A stretch of 64,000 bases of DNA from Eubacteriales bacterium (GCA_041655935.1 JBBAEK010000002.1:5548-69547), one strand, 5' to 3'. Positions 35,180 through 44,619 are shown, counted from the first letter of the stretch. Program-made: numbers and translations. The notes: generated by a model not told the origin, from the letters alone.

Positions 35180-36644
35180 GTTTTCGGGCATATTCGGCAG
35201 GGAAATACCCCGCGCCCTCCGGGTCGGGGGGCTCTGCCAGGACAGCCGCCGGGCAGGGGCGGAGGACATTTTTTTTTGCGTACGGGGACTGCGCTCGAAC
35301 GGCCATCTCTATGCGGTCGAGGCGTACCAAAGAGGGTGCCGGGTATTTGTGTGCGAGGAGCCACTCTCTTTGCCCGAGGACGCCGTGGTGCTGCAGGTGC
35401 CCGCGGTCAGGGAGACAATGGCGCAGGCGGCACACCTGTTTTACGGGCACCCCTCCCATCGCCTGACCCTTATTGGGGTGACCGGTACCAAGGGCAAGAC
35501 CACCACCGCACAGATGATCGCCCGCCTGCTCCATGCGGCGGGGGTGCCGAGCGGGTATATCGGCACCAGCGGCGCGTGGTTCGGGGAGTGGCACCGGGAT
35601 ACCGCCCACACCACCCCCGAGGCCATTGAGCTCAACCGATACTTGGCGCACATGGCGGCGGCGGGGGCGCAGGTGGCGGTGCTGGAAGTCTCCTCACAGG
35701 CCATCATGACCCACCGGATTTTTGGGTTGCGCATTCCATATGCCGTCTGGACCAACCTTTCCCCCGACCATATCGGGCCGGGGGAGCACCCCGATGATGC
35801 GCATTATAAGCGTACCAAGGCGCGACTGTTTGCCGAGTACGGCTGCACATGCGCCATCTATAACCGGGATGACAGGGAAGTCCTTACCCTACTGGCCGCC
35901 GCTCCGGTCCCCCGAACCCTGTCCTGTTCGGTGGGCGGGCAGGCGGACTGGGTGGCGTCCGGGTTGCGGCCAACCAGGCGCGCGGCGGGGCTCGGCATGG
36001 AATTTACGGCGAGAAACGGTGCGGCTGCCTACCCGGTGAGTCTCCCGCTGCCGGGGGAGATGAATGTCTCCAATGCCCTGTTGGCACTTGCCTGTGCGCA
36101 GGCAGTGCTGGGAGGCACGGAAAGCCGGCCTTTGCCCGTCGGCGCTTTGGCGGAGGTGGCCATTCCGGGCCGCTTTGAGGTTGTGCCGCTTTTTTCGGAC
36201 CGCCTGTTTCTTCTTGACTTTGCCCACAACGGTTACAGTGTCAGCGCGGCACTCTCAGCCCTGCGCGCCTACCGTCCCGCCCGGCTGGTGTGCGTGGTCG
36301 GCGCAGTCGGCGAGCGCTGCTTTGAGCGGCGGGCGGATATTGGTAGGGCGCTCGGCGAGGCGGATGTGGTCATCCTCACGTCAGATAACCCCGGACATGA
36401 AAACCCGCTCGCCATTCTCGGCGATATCTATGCCCATATCCGGCACCCACAAAGGGTTACCATCATCCCCGACCGTGCGGAAGCACTCAGGTATGCCGTG
36501 CAAGTCTCCCTGCCGGGCGACATGGTGCTGGTCGCCGGCAAGGGGCAGGAAAAGTACCAATTGATCGGCAGCGAAAAGCTGTATTTTTCGGAAAAGGAAA
36601 TCCTGCAAAACGCTTTTCAATCAGCCCCCCTCCCCTTGCGCTGA
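35166..36644 (+). CDS. murE: UDP-N-acetylmuramoyl-L-alanyl-D-glutamate--diamino-acid ligase MurE (non-DAP-type motif DNPG)
   Basis: LIGVTGTKGKTTT P-loop and Mur ligase central/C-terminal domains. LTSDNPGHENP sits where DAP-adding enzymes have DNPR. The ATG overlaps the racemase stop. Confidence 0.88.
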   Translation: MLLSEFSGIFGREIPRALRVGGLCQDSRRAGAEDIFFCVRGLRSNGHLYAVEAYQRGCRVFVCEEPLSLPEDAVVLQVPAVRETMAQAAHLFYGHPSHRLTLIGVTGTKGKTTTAQMIARLLHAAGVPSGYIGTSGAWFGEWHRDTAHTTPEAIELNRYLAHMAAAGAQVAVLEVSSQAIMTHRIFGLRIPYAVWTNLSPDHIGPGEHPDDAHYKRTKARLFAEYGCTCAIYNRDDREVLTLLAAAPVPRTLSCSVGGQADWVASGLRPTRRAAGLGMEFTARNGAAAYPVSLPLPGEMNVSNALLALACAQAVLGGTESRPLPVGALAEVAIPGRFEVVPLFSDRLFLLDFAHNGYSVSAALSALRAYRPARLVCVVGAVGERCFERRADIGRALGEADVVILTSDNPGHENPLAILGDIYAHIRHPQRVTIIPDRAEALRYAVQVSLPGDMVLVAGKGQEKYQLIGSEKLYFSEKEILQNAFQSAPLPLR

Positions 36645-36785
36645 CCACTCACCCTGTGGGGTGCTGCACGGGCTGGCAAATGCTCCCCCATGATCGGCGA
36701 CCGGGGGGCGGGAAAGCTGCTTTTGATGGCGGACAGTCAGCCGCTCACCCGCTTTCCTGCGGCTGAAAAAAGAGGGAAAAAGGGC

Positions 36786-36814
36786 TTGACAAAACCAACC
36801 CCATCATATATAAT
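36786..36814 (+). promoter_or_regulatory. consensus promoter TTGACA-17-TATAAT, ~120 nt upstream of tRNA-Leu
   Basis: TTGACA 36786-36791, TATAAT 36809-36814. Confidence 0.6.
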
Positions 36815-36939
36815 AAATCCTGCTGAACGAAAACAAATCCTGTCTTTTGGCACTTGCCATCCCCTCCGAAACGACCGTGTGTTCACCAACCGCCCGTTTT
36901 TGCCCGGGGTTTGACCTGTTCAAGCACATTTCCTTTCCT

Positions 36940-37023
36940 GCGAGAGTGGCGGAACTGGCAGACGCGCACGTTTGAGGGGCGTGTGGTTTATCCGTACGGG
37001 TTCAAGTCCCGTCTCTCGCACCA
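36940..37023 (+). tRNA. tRNA-Leu (anticodon GAG), long variable arm, CCA encoded
   Basis: Acceptor GCGAGAG/CTCTCGC, anticodon loop TTGAGGG, variable arm TGGTTTATCCGTAC, T arm GGG-TTCAAGT-CCC. Confidence 0.92.
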
Positions 37024-37042
37024 ACCATGAGGCACATCCATG

Positions 37043-37077
37043 AAAAGCCCCGGAACATAAGCGTTCCGGGGCTTTTT
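37043..37077 (+). terminator. intrinsic terminator after tRNA-Leu
   Basis: AAAAGCCCCGGAAC ... GTTCCGGGGCTTTTT. Confidence 0.8.
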
Positions 37078-37320
37078 CCGCTTTGAACGTCCCTGCAAAG
37101 ATCTCCCTATCAGACAAGTGAACAATGACCATAAAATAATACTAACAAAAGATAGATAGAGTCTACACGAGACTGACAACGGAGCAAAACTATAGTGTAA
37201 AAACACAGGTTCTTTTCTTGCCGCCGTTCAGATACACTGCATGGCTTGATGGGGGAAATCCTTGCTAACTCGTGTAGACACATCCAGTGCCAAACCATTC
37301 AAAAAGTCAAAGACAGCACA

Positions 37321-37350
37321 AAAAATTCCGAGGCAAACCTCGGAATTTTT
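37321..37350 (-). terminator. intrinsic terminator immediately after the minus-strand tRNA (also usable from the plus strand)
   Basis: AAAAATTCCGAGG-CAAA-CCTCGGAATTTTT. Confidence 0.75.
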
Positions 37351-37427
37351 TGGTGGGCCATCAGGGACTTGAACCCCGGACCAACCGGTTATGAGCCGGT
37401 AGCTCTAACCAACTGAGCTAATGGCCC
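37351..37427 (-). tRNA. tRNA with CAU anticodon, most like tRNA-Ile2 (lysidine type); elongator Met not excluded
   Basis: Revcomp reads GGGCCATTAGCTCAGTTGGTTAGAGCTACCGGCTCATAACCGGTTGGTCCGGGGTTCAAGTCCCTGATGGCCCACCA. Perfect 7-bp acceptor stem. Anticodon stem-loop CCGG-CTCATAA-CCGG resembles Firmicute Ile2. Confidence 0.88.
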
Positions 37428-37513
37428 CGGTTTGTGCCGTTGGTAAAGCGCAGAGCATGGTTCATTATAGCAGTGCTTTGTGTGCTGTTTTTGAACGGTC
37501 CATGAACAAATCA

Positions 37514-39439
37514 TTAACTTCCCGCGATTTTCTTGCCCTGCTTTTCATCGCTTCTCAGGGGTGGCGGCAACACCTGTTTGGGGTGCGGCTCGGGGATAGC
37601 GGGGGCCTCCGGCAGCGCAGGCAGCTCTACCCGCTCGGCAAACAATTGGGGGGAGATCATTTGCAGAATCCTGGACTGCATGGTATCGCTTTGCAGTTTT
37701 GTTTTGAAATAGTTAAAGAGAAACGACTTCTTTTGCCCGCTGTCGGTGATGGTGGACAGCAGAGAGTTGACCATGTGGTTGCCGGGCAGCTCGCTGCACT
37801 GAATCCGCATCCCCCGCTTGGTATAGAAAAACTTGAGCTGACGGGTGTTGGGCAGCTCGGGGAACTGGATAGACAGCTTCAGCACCGGCTCATGGTCCTC
37901 GTTGAGGGCGAACTGCCCCAGCGCGGCAACCAGATATTTTTCCCCCGCAAAGTCCAGCTCGGTGAGGCAATGCTCATAAAAACCGATCTCAAAGGTATAG
38001 TCCGCCTGCCCCTCCAGAAAGCTGATCATCATTTTTTCTCCCTCTATTGAAAAAACAATGCGGCTCAGCCCGGCGGTATGATTGTTTTGCATGAAGCGGA
38101 TAAACAGGGGCAACATGCCGGTATTATTTTTGGCCAGCAGGTACGTGCCTTCGATTTCCCGGCATTGCGGGGGAAGGGGTCTGATGGGTAAACGCAGCGT
38201 GCGCCGCACAGACCCCGCCCAAAAGCCGACTTTGGGGAGGGGTTTTGCCCACAAACGAGTGCGATAGAACTCTTTTTGAGCCACGCGCAAGGCTTGAGAC
38301 GCCAGCGTATTTTTTGCCAGCGCGTAATGCTTGGGGTGATAATTCGAACCGAAATAGTCGGCAATGATGCGCAGGGTGCTGCTGTGCTGGAACAGCTCGC
38401 TGTTGCCCGCAGTCACCACCACCACGATCTGGTTTTGCGGGCAGACCCAGATGTCTTGCCCCAACATGCCGTTGAAAAGATAGCTACTGCCGTCCCGCGC
38501 CAGCCAGATATGGTAGCCGTAGTTATAGTCGCCGTACGCCTCGTCCGTGACAAAAGCGGGGGATAGCATCTCCTGCAGCCACCCCTCACTCACCAGCGGC
38601 TTTCCCTGCCAGCGGCCGCGGTTGAGCAGCAACTGCCCTAACTTTGCCATATCCTCCGGGGGGAGGTACAGCCCCCAGCCCCCTTTTTCAATCCCCTCGG
38701 GGCTGTATTCCCACACCGCATGCCGGACATCCAGCGGCTGCCAGAGGCGCCCGGTCAAAAGCTCACTCAGCCCCTGCCCGGTCACCTTGCGCACAATGGC
38801 GGAGAGTATATAGGAATTCATACTGTTGTAGTGAAACCGACTGCCCGGGTCAAAGGTCGGCGAGCTTTCAAGGTATGACCGTACCCATGTCGTCTCGGCG
38901 ACCGACGCCGCCTCGTTGAATACCGTCACCCCCGAGGACATGGTGAGCAGGTGCCGCACCGTGATGGCTTTCATGCGCCCGCTCATCATCATGGGGCGCT
39001 CCTCTCTGAACAGATCCACCAGCTTGGCATCCAGCGTCAGGGCGCCGTCGTCCACCAGCATCCCGATGGCCAGCGCCGTGATGGTCTTGGCCATCGAGTG
39101 GGTGAGCGCCCAGGTGTTCACATGGTAGCCGGGGGCCGCCGCCTCGGCAATGACCATGCCGTGGCGCAGCACCAACACGGTGTGCAGGTTCGAGTGGGTG
39201 TCCCGCTCCAGCGCTTGCAGGAAAGCACGGACATGCCCGCTGGCCACCCCCCGGGACTCGGGCGTTGCCCGCCGAAGGGTGCGGTGAGGGGTGCGGCCGA
39301 GAAAGGACTGGGTTTTCTGTGCCTGATAGGGAATCTGCGCCACATCAGTCTCGCCCTTGATGCCGTAACTGACCAACAGGTCAAGAATGCGCGTCTGGAT
39401 TCGCAAGTCCACAAACGCCCCCTCCTTTACGAAAATCAT
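37514..39439 (-). CDS. serine hydrolase, beta-lactamase/PBP4-like family, with a large C-terminal domain
   Basis: SxxK motif (THSMAKTITALAIGML) and YNSMN (YxN). 641 aa. Confidence 0.8.
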   Translation of the reverse strand: MIFVKEGAFVDLRIQTRILDLLVSYGIKGETDVAQIPYQAQKTQSFLGRTPHRTLRRATPESRGVASGHVRAFLQALERDTHSNLHTVLVLRHGMVIAEAAAPGYHVNTWALTHSMAKTITALAIGMLVDDGALTLDAKLVDLFREERPMMMSGRMKAITVRHLLTMSSGVTVFNEAASVAETTWVRSYLESSPTFDPGSRFHYNSMNSYILSAIVRKVTGQGLSELLTGRLWQPLDVRHAVWEYSPEGIEKGGWGLYLPPEDMAKLGQLLLNRGRWQGKPLVSEGWLQEMLSPAFVTDEAYGDYNYGYHIWLARDGSSYLFNGMLGQDIWVCPQNQIVVVVTAGNSELFQHSSTLRIIADYFGSNYHPKHYALAKNTLASQALRVAQKEFYRTRLWAKPLPKVGFWAGSVRRTLRLPIRPLPPQCREIEGTYLLAKNNTGMLPLFIRFMQNNHTAGLSRIVFSIEGEKMMISFLEGQADYTFEIGFYEHCLTELDFAGEKYLVAALGQFALNEDHEPVLKLSIQFPELPNTRQLKFFYTKRGMRIQCSELPGNHMVNSLLSTITDSGQKKSFLFNYFKTKLQSDTMQSRILQMISPQLFAERVELPALPEAPAIPEPHPKQVLPPPLRSDEKQGKKIAGS

Positions 39440-39541
39440 ACGGCATCAGTATAGCACACTTTCGGACGGGACGCAAGGCATATCTTGCCGCCGGAAAAAA
39501 GAGATTGCCGCAAAGAAGCTGTCACTTTCGCCGCGCAAAGC

Positions 39542-39570
39542 TTGACAACCCCCTGTCAATGCAGTATAAT
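39542..39570 (+). promoter_or_regulatory. consensus promoter for proS (TTGACA-17-TATAAT)
   Basis: TTGACA 39542-39547, TATAAT 39565-39570. The leader is ~40 nt, so no T-box. Confidence 0.65.
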
Positions 39571-39615
39571 ACACCCATCCAATCAGCAAAGCCAAGCGCG
39601 TAGGGAGAGGCAGAT

Positions 39616-41055
39616 ATGAGCAACAACGAAAAGAAACTGGTGGAGCAAATCACCTCCATGGATGAGGACTTTGCCCGGTGGTACACCGATATTGTCAAAA
39701 AGGCCGATCTGATCGACTATTCCTCGGTCAAGGGCTGCATGATCATCCGTCCCTACGGCTATGCCATTTGGGAGCATATCCAGCGCCTCTTGGACACCCG
39801 TTTCAAGGAAACGGGGCACGAAAACATTTACATGCCCCTGTTCATCCCGGAATCCCTGCTCAACAAGGAAAAGGAGCATGTCGAGGGCTTTGCTCCCGAG
39901 GTGGCATGGGTCACCATGGGCGGCAGCGAGCACCTCACCGAGCGTCTGTGTGTGCGCCCCACCTCCGAGGTGCTGTTTTGCGAACATTACGCCAACATCA
40001 TCCGCTCTTACCGCGACCTGCCCAAGCTGTATAACCAGTGGTGCTCGGTGGTGCGCTGGGAAAAGACCACCCGCCCCTTTTTGCGCAGCCGGGAGTTCCT
40101 CTGGCAGGAGGGGCACACCATGCACGCCACGGCAAAGGAAGCCAAGGCAGAGACACTGCAGATGCTGGATGTCTACGCCGACTTTTTCGAACAGCAGCTC
40201 AGCATCCCCGTGCTGAAAGGGCAAAAAACCGACAAGGAAAAGTTCGCCGGGGCGGTCGCCACCTACACGGTAGAGGCACTCATGCACGACGGCAAGGCCT
40301 TGCAGGGCGGCACCAGCCACTATTTCGGAGACGGCTTTGCCCGGGCCTTTGACATCCGCTACCTGGACAGTGACAACCAGCTCAAGTATTGCCACCAGAC
40401 TTCCTGGGGCGTTTCCACCCGCATCATCGGCGGGATCATCATGACCCACGGCGACGACAGCGGACTGGTACTCCCGCCTGCCGTTGCCCCCATCCAGGTG
40501 GTCATCATCCCCGTGCAGCAGCACAAGGCCGGTGTGCTGGAGGCAGCCGAGGCGCTGCGTGCCCGGCTGGCAGGACGGTACCGGGTTTCGATGGACACCA
40601 CCGACAACTCCCCCGGCTGGAAGTTTGCCGAGTATGAGATGAAGGGTGTGCCCCTCCGGCTGGAGATCGGCCCCCGCGATATAGAGGCAGACCGGTGCGT
40701 GCTGGTGCGCCGCGACAACCGACAGAAGCTCACCGTGCCGCTCGCCGAGCTGGAAGCTGTGGTCTCCGAGCAGTTGGAAGCTTTGCGCGTCGCCCTCTAT
40801 GAGAAGGCAAAGGAAAACCGCCGGGCCCGCACCTACACTGCCCACACCCTGGATGAGGTAAAGAGCATCGCTGCCGAAAAGGCCGGCTACATCAAGGCCA
40901 TGTGGTGCGGCGAGTCGGCGTGTGAGGAAACACTGAAGGCGGCAGCCGACATCTCCTCCCGTTGCATCCCCTTCGGAGAGTCCCCCATCGGGGACAGTTG
41001 CGTCTGCTGCGGCAGCCCCGCCAAGAAACTTGTCTACTGGGGCAAAGCCTACTAA
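39616..41055 (+). CDS. proS: proline--tRNA ligase (archaeal/eukaryote-like short form)
   Basis: [35 protein letters not shown] ... class II motifs ... C-terminal zinc-binding CxxC. 479 aa. Confidence 0.95.
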   Translation: MSNNEKKLVEQITSMDEDFARWYTDIVKKADLIDYSSVKGCMIIRPYGYAIWEHIQRLLDTRFKETGHENIYMPLFIPESLLNKEKEHVEGFAPEVAWVTMGGSEHLTERLCVRPTSEVLFCEHYANIIRSYRDLPKLYNQWCSVVRWEKTTRPFLRSREFLWQEGHTMHATAKEAKAETLQMLDVYADFFEQQLSIPVLKGQKTDKEKFAGAVATYTVEALMHDGKALQGGTSHYFGDGFARAFDIRYLDSDNQLKYCHQTSWGVSTRIIGGIIMTHGDDSGLVLPPAVAPIQVVIIPVQQHKAGVLEAAEALRARLAGRYRVSMDTTDNSPGWKFAEYEMKGVPLRLEIGPRDIEADRCVLVRRDNRQKLTVPLAELEAVVSEQLEALRVALYEKAKENRRARTYTAHTLDEVKSIAAEKAGYIKAMWCGESACEETLKAAADISSRCIPFGESPIGDSCVCCGSPAKKLVYWGKAY

Positions 41056-41204
41056 AATTCGCAGAACCCCCACAGATATCACCCTATACCCGCCACCAAG
41101 AACAGCCATGGGAAGTCTCCGATGGCTGTCTTGTATGCAAGGACTCTCCCTGCACTGCGGCTTTGGTAAGCCGGTCAGGACGATGAAGGAATCGGAGATA
41201 ACCT

Positions 41205-42086
41205 ATGGGATACATTTACCTGCTGCTGGTCACACTGGGCTTCAGCTTTGTGGGCGTGTTTGTCAAAACCGCCTCGCTTGCCGTCAACGCCTACTGGATT
41301 TCCTTTCTCCGCTTTGCCGTCTCGCTGGTGCCGCTCCTGATCATCATGCTCTATCGGGAGCGAAAAATCAGGCTGCGCCTCTTTTTGCCCGCCATTGTGA
41401 TCGGCGCCCTTGGCAAGTCCCTGAACTACTTAGCCGAAAACTACGCCCTTGAGCAAGGGGTTTCCTATGGCAATATTCTTGTCTGGCCGGTGCAGTGCAT
41501 TGTCGCACTTTTCTTTTCGGTGTATCTGTTTCGTGAAAAAATGACCGGACAGAAGTTGTTTGGCGCACTGCTCTGCCTGCTTGGCATCGGCGCCATTGCG
41601 TGGAACGGCGCTTCCCTTTCCAACTTTCTCGGGGAAAACCTGCTGTTCACCGCGCTGTATGTGCTGGCGGGCTTGGGGGCTTCGGCTTTCATGGTGGTCC
41701 AGCGCAAACTCCTGTACCGCATGAGCGCACTCGAGGCAAACACCTCCATGTTCGTTGTGGCAACGGTCGTGACCGCCCTTCCCCTGCCTTTTGTGGGGGA
41801 GACCACGGGGGTTTTCCCCTTTTCTTCCCTGTTGGCCATCGCAGGCTTGGCGCTGGTGTCGGCGTTTGGCTTTTTGATGGTGGCAGCCGCCATGAAAACC
41901 GTCCCTTTCTTTATGGTCTCCATTATCCAAAGCACCTCGGTCCTGTTCACCCTGCTCTGGGGAAGCCTGTTCTATCGGGAACCCATCACCGCCTACATCA
42001 TCATCGGCACCCTGTTGTTTGTGGCAGGCATCGTCTTTGTGAACCTGCGGCTCACCCCCCGCAAGAAGGAAGAGCGCCTCTCCTGA
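41205..42086 (+). CDS. DMT superfamily (EamA-like) transporter
   Basis: Ten TM helices in two EamA repeats. 293 aa. Confidence 0.85.
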   Translation: MGYIYLLLVTLGFSFVGVFVKTASLAVNAYWISFLRFAVSLVPLLIIMLYRERKIRLRLFLPAIVIGALGKSLNYLAENYALEQGVSYGNILVWPVQCIVALFFSVYLFREKMTGQKLFGALLCLLGIGAIAWNGASLSNFLGENLLFTALYVLAGLGASAFMVVQRKLLYRMSALEANTSMFVVATVVTALPLPFVGETTGVFPFSSLLAIAGLALVSAFGFLMVAAAMKTVPFFMVSIIQSTSVLFTLLWGSLFYREPITAYIIIGTLLFVAGIVFVNLRLTPRKKEERLS

Positions 42087-42183
42087 ACCCCGCCGCGCAA
42101 AAAAAAGCCGCCTTTGGGCGACTTTTTTTGTTTGGAGAAGAGGTGGGGCATCGGAGAGCTTCCCTAACATACCCACGGTGCCG

Positions 42184-42948
42184 TCAAGTCCTCGTGCGGA
42201 CATAGATGATCTGACCGTTGGGATTTTGCTTATTGGCCTTGCCACTCACCTTTTTGATTTCAAACTGGTTGAAGGAGGAGAGAAAAGGCACCATTTTCTT
42301 ATGCCCGTAGTTGCGCACATCAAAGTCGGGCTTGCGCTTGGGCAGTTGCGTGCCCACATCACTGAGCAGCATCCAGCCGTCCTCGTCCGACTCGGAGGCA
42401 ATCAGCTCCTTGATGATCGCCACGATATCATCCTCCGGGGGAGTCGCGGCCGGCTGGGGTGCGGGCTGCACCACGACAGGTGCGGGCGCTTTCTTTTCGG
42501 GCTGCACCTCAATTTGCGCGGCGATTTTATCCAGGTACTTGAAGGTGCTGCAGGCGGAAATCATGGGCTTGGGGGTGTGCTGCATCCCCATGCCGATGAC
42601 CAGCATCCCCGACTCCTTGAGGCGGGTGGCAAGCCCCGTGAAGTCACTGTCCGAGGTCACCAGGCAAAAGCCGTCCACCCGACCGCCGTACAAAATGTCC
42701 ATCGCGTCAATGATGATCGCCGAGTCGGTGGAGTTTTTGCCCATCGTATAGCTGCATTGTTGCATGGGATGAATCCCGTTTTCCAGCAAAACCCCCTTCC
42801 AGGATTGTAGCTGAGGGCTGGACCAGTCCCCATAAATGCGCTTGAAAGTGACGTTGCCGAAACTGCTTGCCTCGTCCAAAATGGTCTTGGCGTACCGGTA
42901 TGAAATGTTTTCCGCATCAATTAAAATGGCCAATCTTTTTTCGTCCAT
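42184..42948 (-). CDS. NYN (LabA-like PIN-fold nuclease) domain protein with C-terminal OST-HTH/LOTUS domain
   Basis: LAILIDAENISY ... GKNSTDSAIIIDAMD ... LVTSDSDF acidic NYN motifs. Pro/Ala-rich linker. C-terminal ~75-aa LOTUS-like module (DGWMLLSDVGTQLPKRKPDFDVRNYGHKK). ATG 42948 follows AAGGAG. Confidence 0.8.
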   Translation of the reverse strand: MDEKRLAILIDAENISYRYAKTILDEASSFGNVTFKRIYGDWSSPQLQSWKGVLLENGIHPMQQCSYTMGKNSTDSAIIIDAMDILYGGRVDGFCLVTSDSDFTGLATRLKESGMLVIGMGMQHTPKPMISACSTFKYLDKIAAQIEVQPEKKAPAPVVVQPAPQPAATPPEDDIVAIIKELIASESDEDGWMLLSDVGTQLPKRKPDFDVRNYGHKKMVPFLSSFNQFEIKKVSGKANKQNPNGQIIYVRTRT

Positions 42949-43009
42949 CGAACGCTCCTTTCGTATTTGTTTATGATAATTTGATTGATGAGTCTTTGCT
43001 CCGCTGCTT

Positions 43010-44545
43010 TTATGGCATGCCCGCTCCCGCTTCAAATGCCATGGCATCCACAAAAGCCTCCGCAAAATAGCTGTCGCAGTTGAGGTCTACCACCGTGCAA
43101 GCCTCCCTCAGCCGCGCCAGCTCGGCCTGTCGGTCGGAGCGCAGGCAGAGCTCCGCTCCCGCCAGTGAGGTGTTGCCCACCGCGGTAATCCGCCCGGCAA
43201 AGGCGGGCGGGAACAGCCCGCAACGCAACAGGCTCTCCGGAGAGACATGGTAGCCCAGTCCCCCTGCCACATGTACCTGCCCGATCTCCTCCGCACGGCT
43301 CCCCGCCACATGTAGCAGTGTTTCCACCACCCCGCGGATGGCCGCCTTGGCGGTCTGAAAGGCACGCACATCCCGCTGGGAGAGCGACAGTTCTTCCTCA
43401 AAGAAAAATCGGTCGCCGCGCAGATGAGAGCGTAAAAGGGTGTCCGCTTCATCGAAAGCGCCCCCTTCGTCCACCACGCCGGCTTCCAGCAACACCGCCA
43501 TCAGGTCCATCAGTCCGCTGCCGCAAATGCCCGCCGGGGGTGCCTCCCCGATGGTGGAGAGGAGCAGTTTGTCGCCCGCCGGGCGCACATGGCTGACCGC
43601 TCCGAGGGTGCCGCCCATGCCGCAGCTGATATTGGCGCCCTCCAGTGCCGGACCGGCCGCCGCGGAGGTCGCGAACAGCCGCCCCCCCACCTGCAGCACC
43701 ACCTCGGCATTGGTACCCAGGTCCACAAACAGCCGGTTGGTGTCATCCTGCAAGTAGCCCACCGACAGCAGGCCCACCAGGATATCCGCCCCGATGAAAC
43801 TACTGACAGAGGGCAGCAACGTCACCGACAGGTGCGGCAATCCCTCCAGACAAGCCCCCAATTCCCGCGCGTCGACAAACACCGGCGTATAGGGTGCCTG
43901 CCCGATAGAGGCAGGGTTGACCCCCGCTGCCAGGTGCTGCATGGTGGTGTTGGCAGCCACGGCCGCCCGTCGGATGCGCCCCTTGCCGACCAGGCGCTCA
44001 AAGGCGTGCGCCATGCCTGCCAGTGTGCGCAGCACCGCCCGTTGCATGGCCGGTAAGTGCCCTCTTTCGGCGGCAAGGATGCGGCTGATGACATCCGCTC
44101 CCCACACTGCCTGCGGGTTCTCCAGCGCGCAGGTAGCGACCCGCGCCCCGCTTGCCTCCTGTAGCAGAGAGGCGGCGATGGTGGTGGTGCCCAAGTCAAC
44201 CGCCATGACGTAACTGCCCGCGTCCGTCGCCCCGACAGACGGGTCAAGCACCGTGACAGGCGGCAATACCCCCGCCAGAGCACCGCTTGGAATGACGATG
44301 GTAGCATCGGTCAGCACCCGTGCCCGGCAGGACAGGATACGACCGTGCGCATCGGGGGTGACGCCCGAAAAAGACCCGTTTGTCAACTGTACTTGACATT
44401 TACCGCAGGTACCTCTGCCTCCGCAGGGTGCTTTCGGATACACACCGTTTGCCTGCAAAAGCTCCAGCAGTGTGGTGCCCACGGCTGCCTGCCAGGTGAG
44501 GGTTTCCTCCGCCAGGCCCACAGTGATTTGTTTGAGTTCCTCCAT
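43010..44545 (-). CDS. 2Fe-2S ferredoxin domain + ASKHA ATPase (DUF4445; RACo-like reductive activator family)
   Basis: N-terminal plant-type ferredoxin motif CGGRGTCGKCQV. The C-terminal ~400 aa have an actin/HSP70-like fold pattern (VDLGTTTIAA ... VDLGTNAEV ... GICGSG). Confidence 0.78.
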   Translation of the reverse strand: MEELKQITVGLAEETLTWQAAVGTTLLELLQANGVYPKAPCGGRGTCGKCQVQLTNGSFSGVTPDAHGRILSCRARVLTDATIVIPSGALAGVLPPVTVLDPSVGATDAGSYVMAVDLGTTTIAASLLQEASGARVATCALENPQAVWGADVISRILAAERGHLPAMQRAVLRTLAGMAHAFERLVGKGRIRRAAVAANTTMQHLAAGVNPASIGQAPYTPVFVDARELGACLEGLPHLSVTLLPSVSSFIGADILVGLLSVGYLQDDTNRLFVDLGTNAEVVLQVGGRLFATSAAAGPALEGANISCGMGGTLGAVSHVRPAGDKLLLSTIGEAPPAGICGSGLMDLMAVLLEAGVVDEGGAFDEADTLLRSHLRGDRFFFEEELSLSQRDVRAFQTAKAAIRGVVETLLHVAGSRAEEIGQVHVAGGLGYHVSPESLLRCGLFPPAFAGRITAVGNTSLAGAELCLRSDRQAELARLREACTVVDLNCDSYFAEAFVDAMAFEAGAGMP

Positions 44546-44619
44546 AGATGTCCCCTATGACTTCTTTTGCAAGGGCACTGTCTGCTGAGCACACAGCCGC
44601 CGTCCCGCTGACGACTTTC

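Noticed and set aside
35269-35277. T9 homopolymer inside murE (GAC ATT TTT TTT TGC), considered as a possible slipped-strand phase-variation tract.
   Set aside because: It encodes the sensible peptide DIFFC in a conserved N-terminal region and the frame is intact. A single tract in an essential gene with no other contingency-locus features is most likely incidental.
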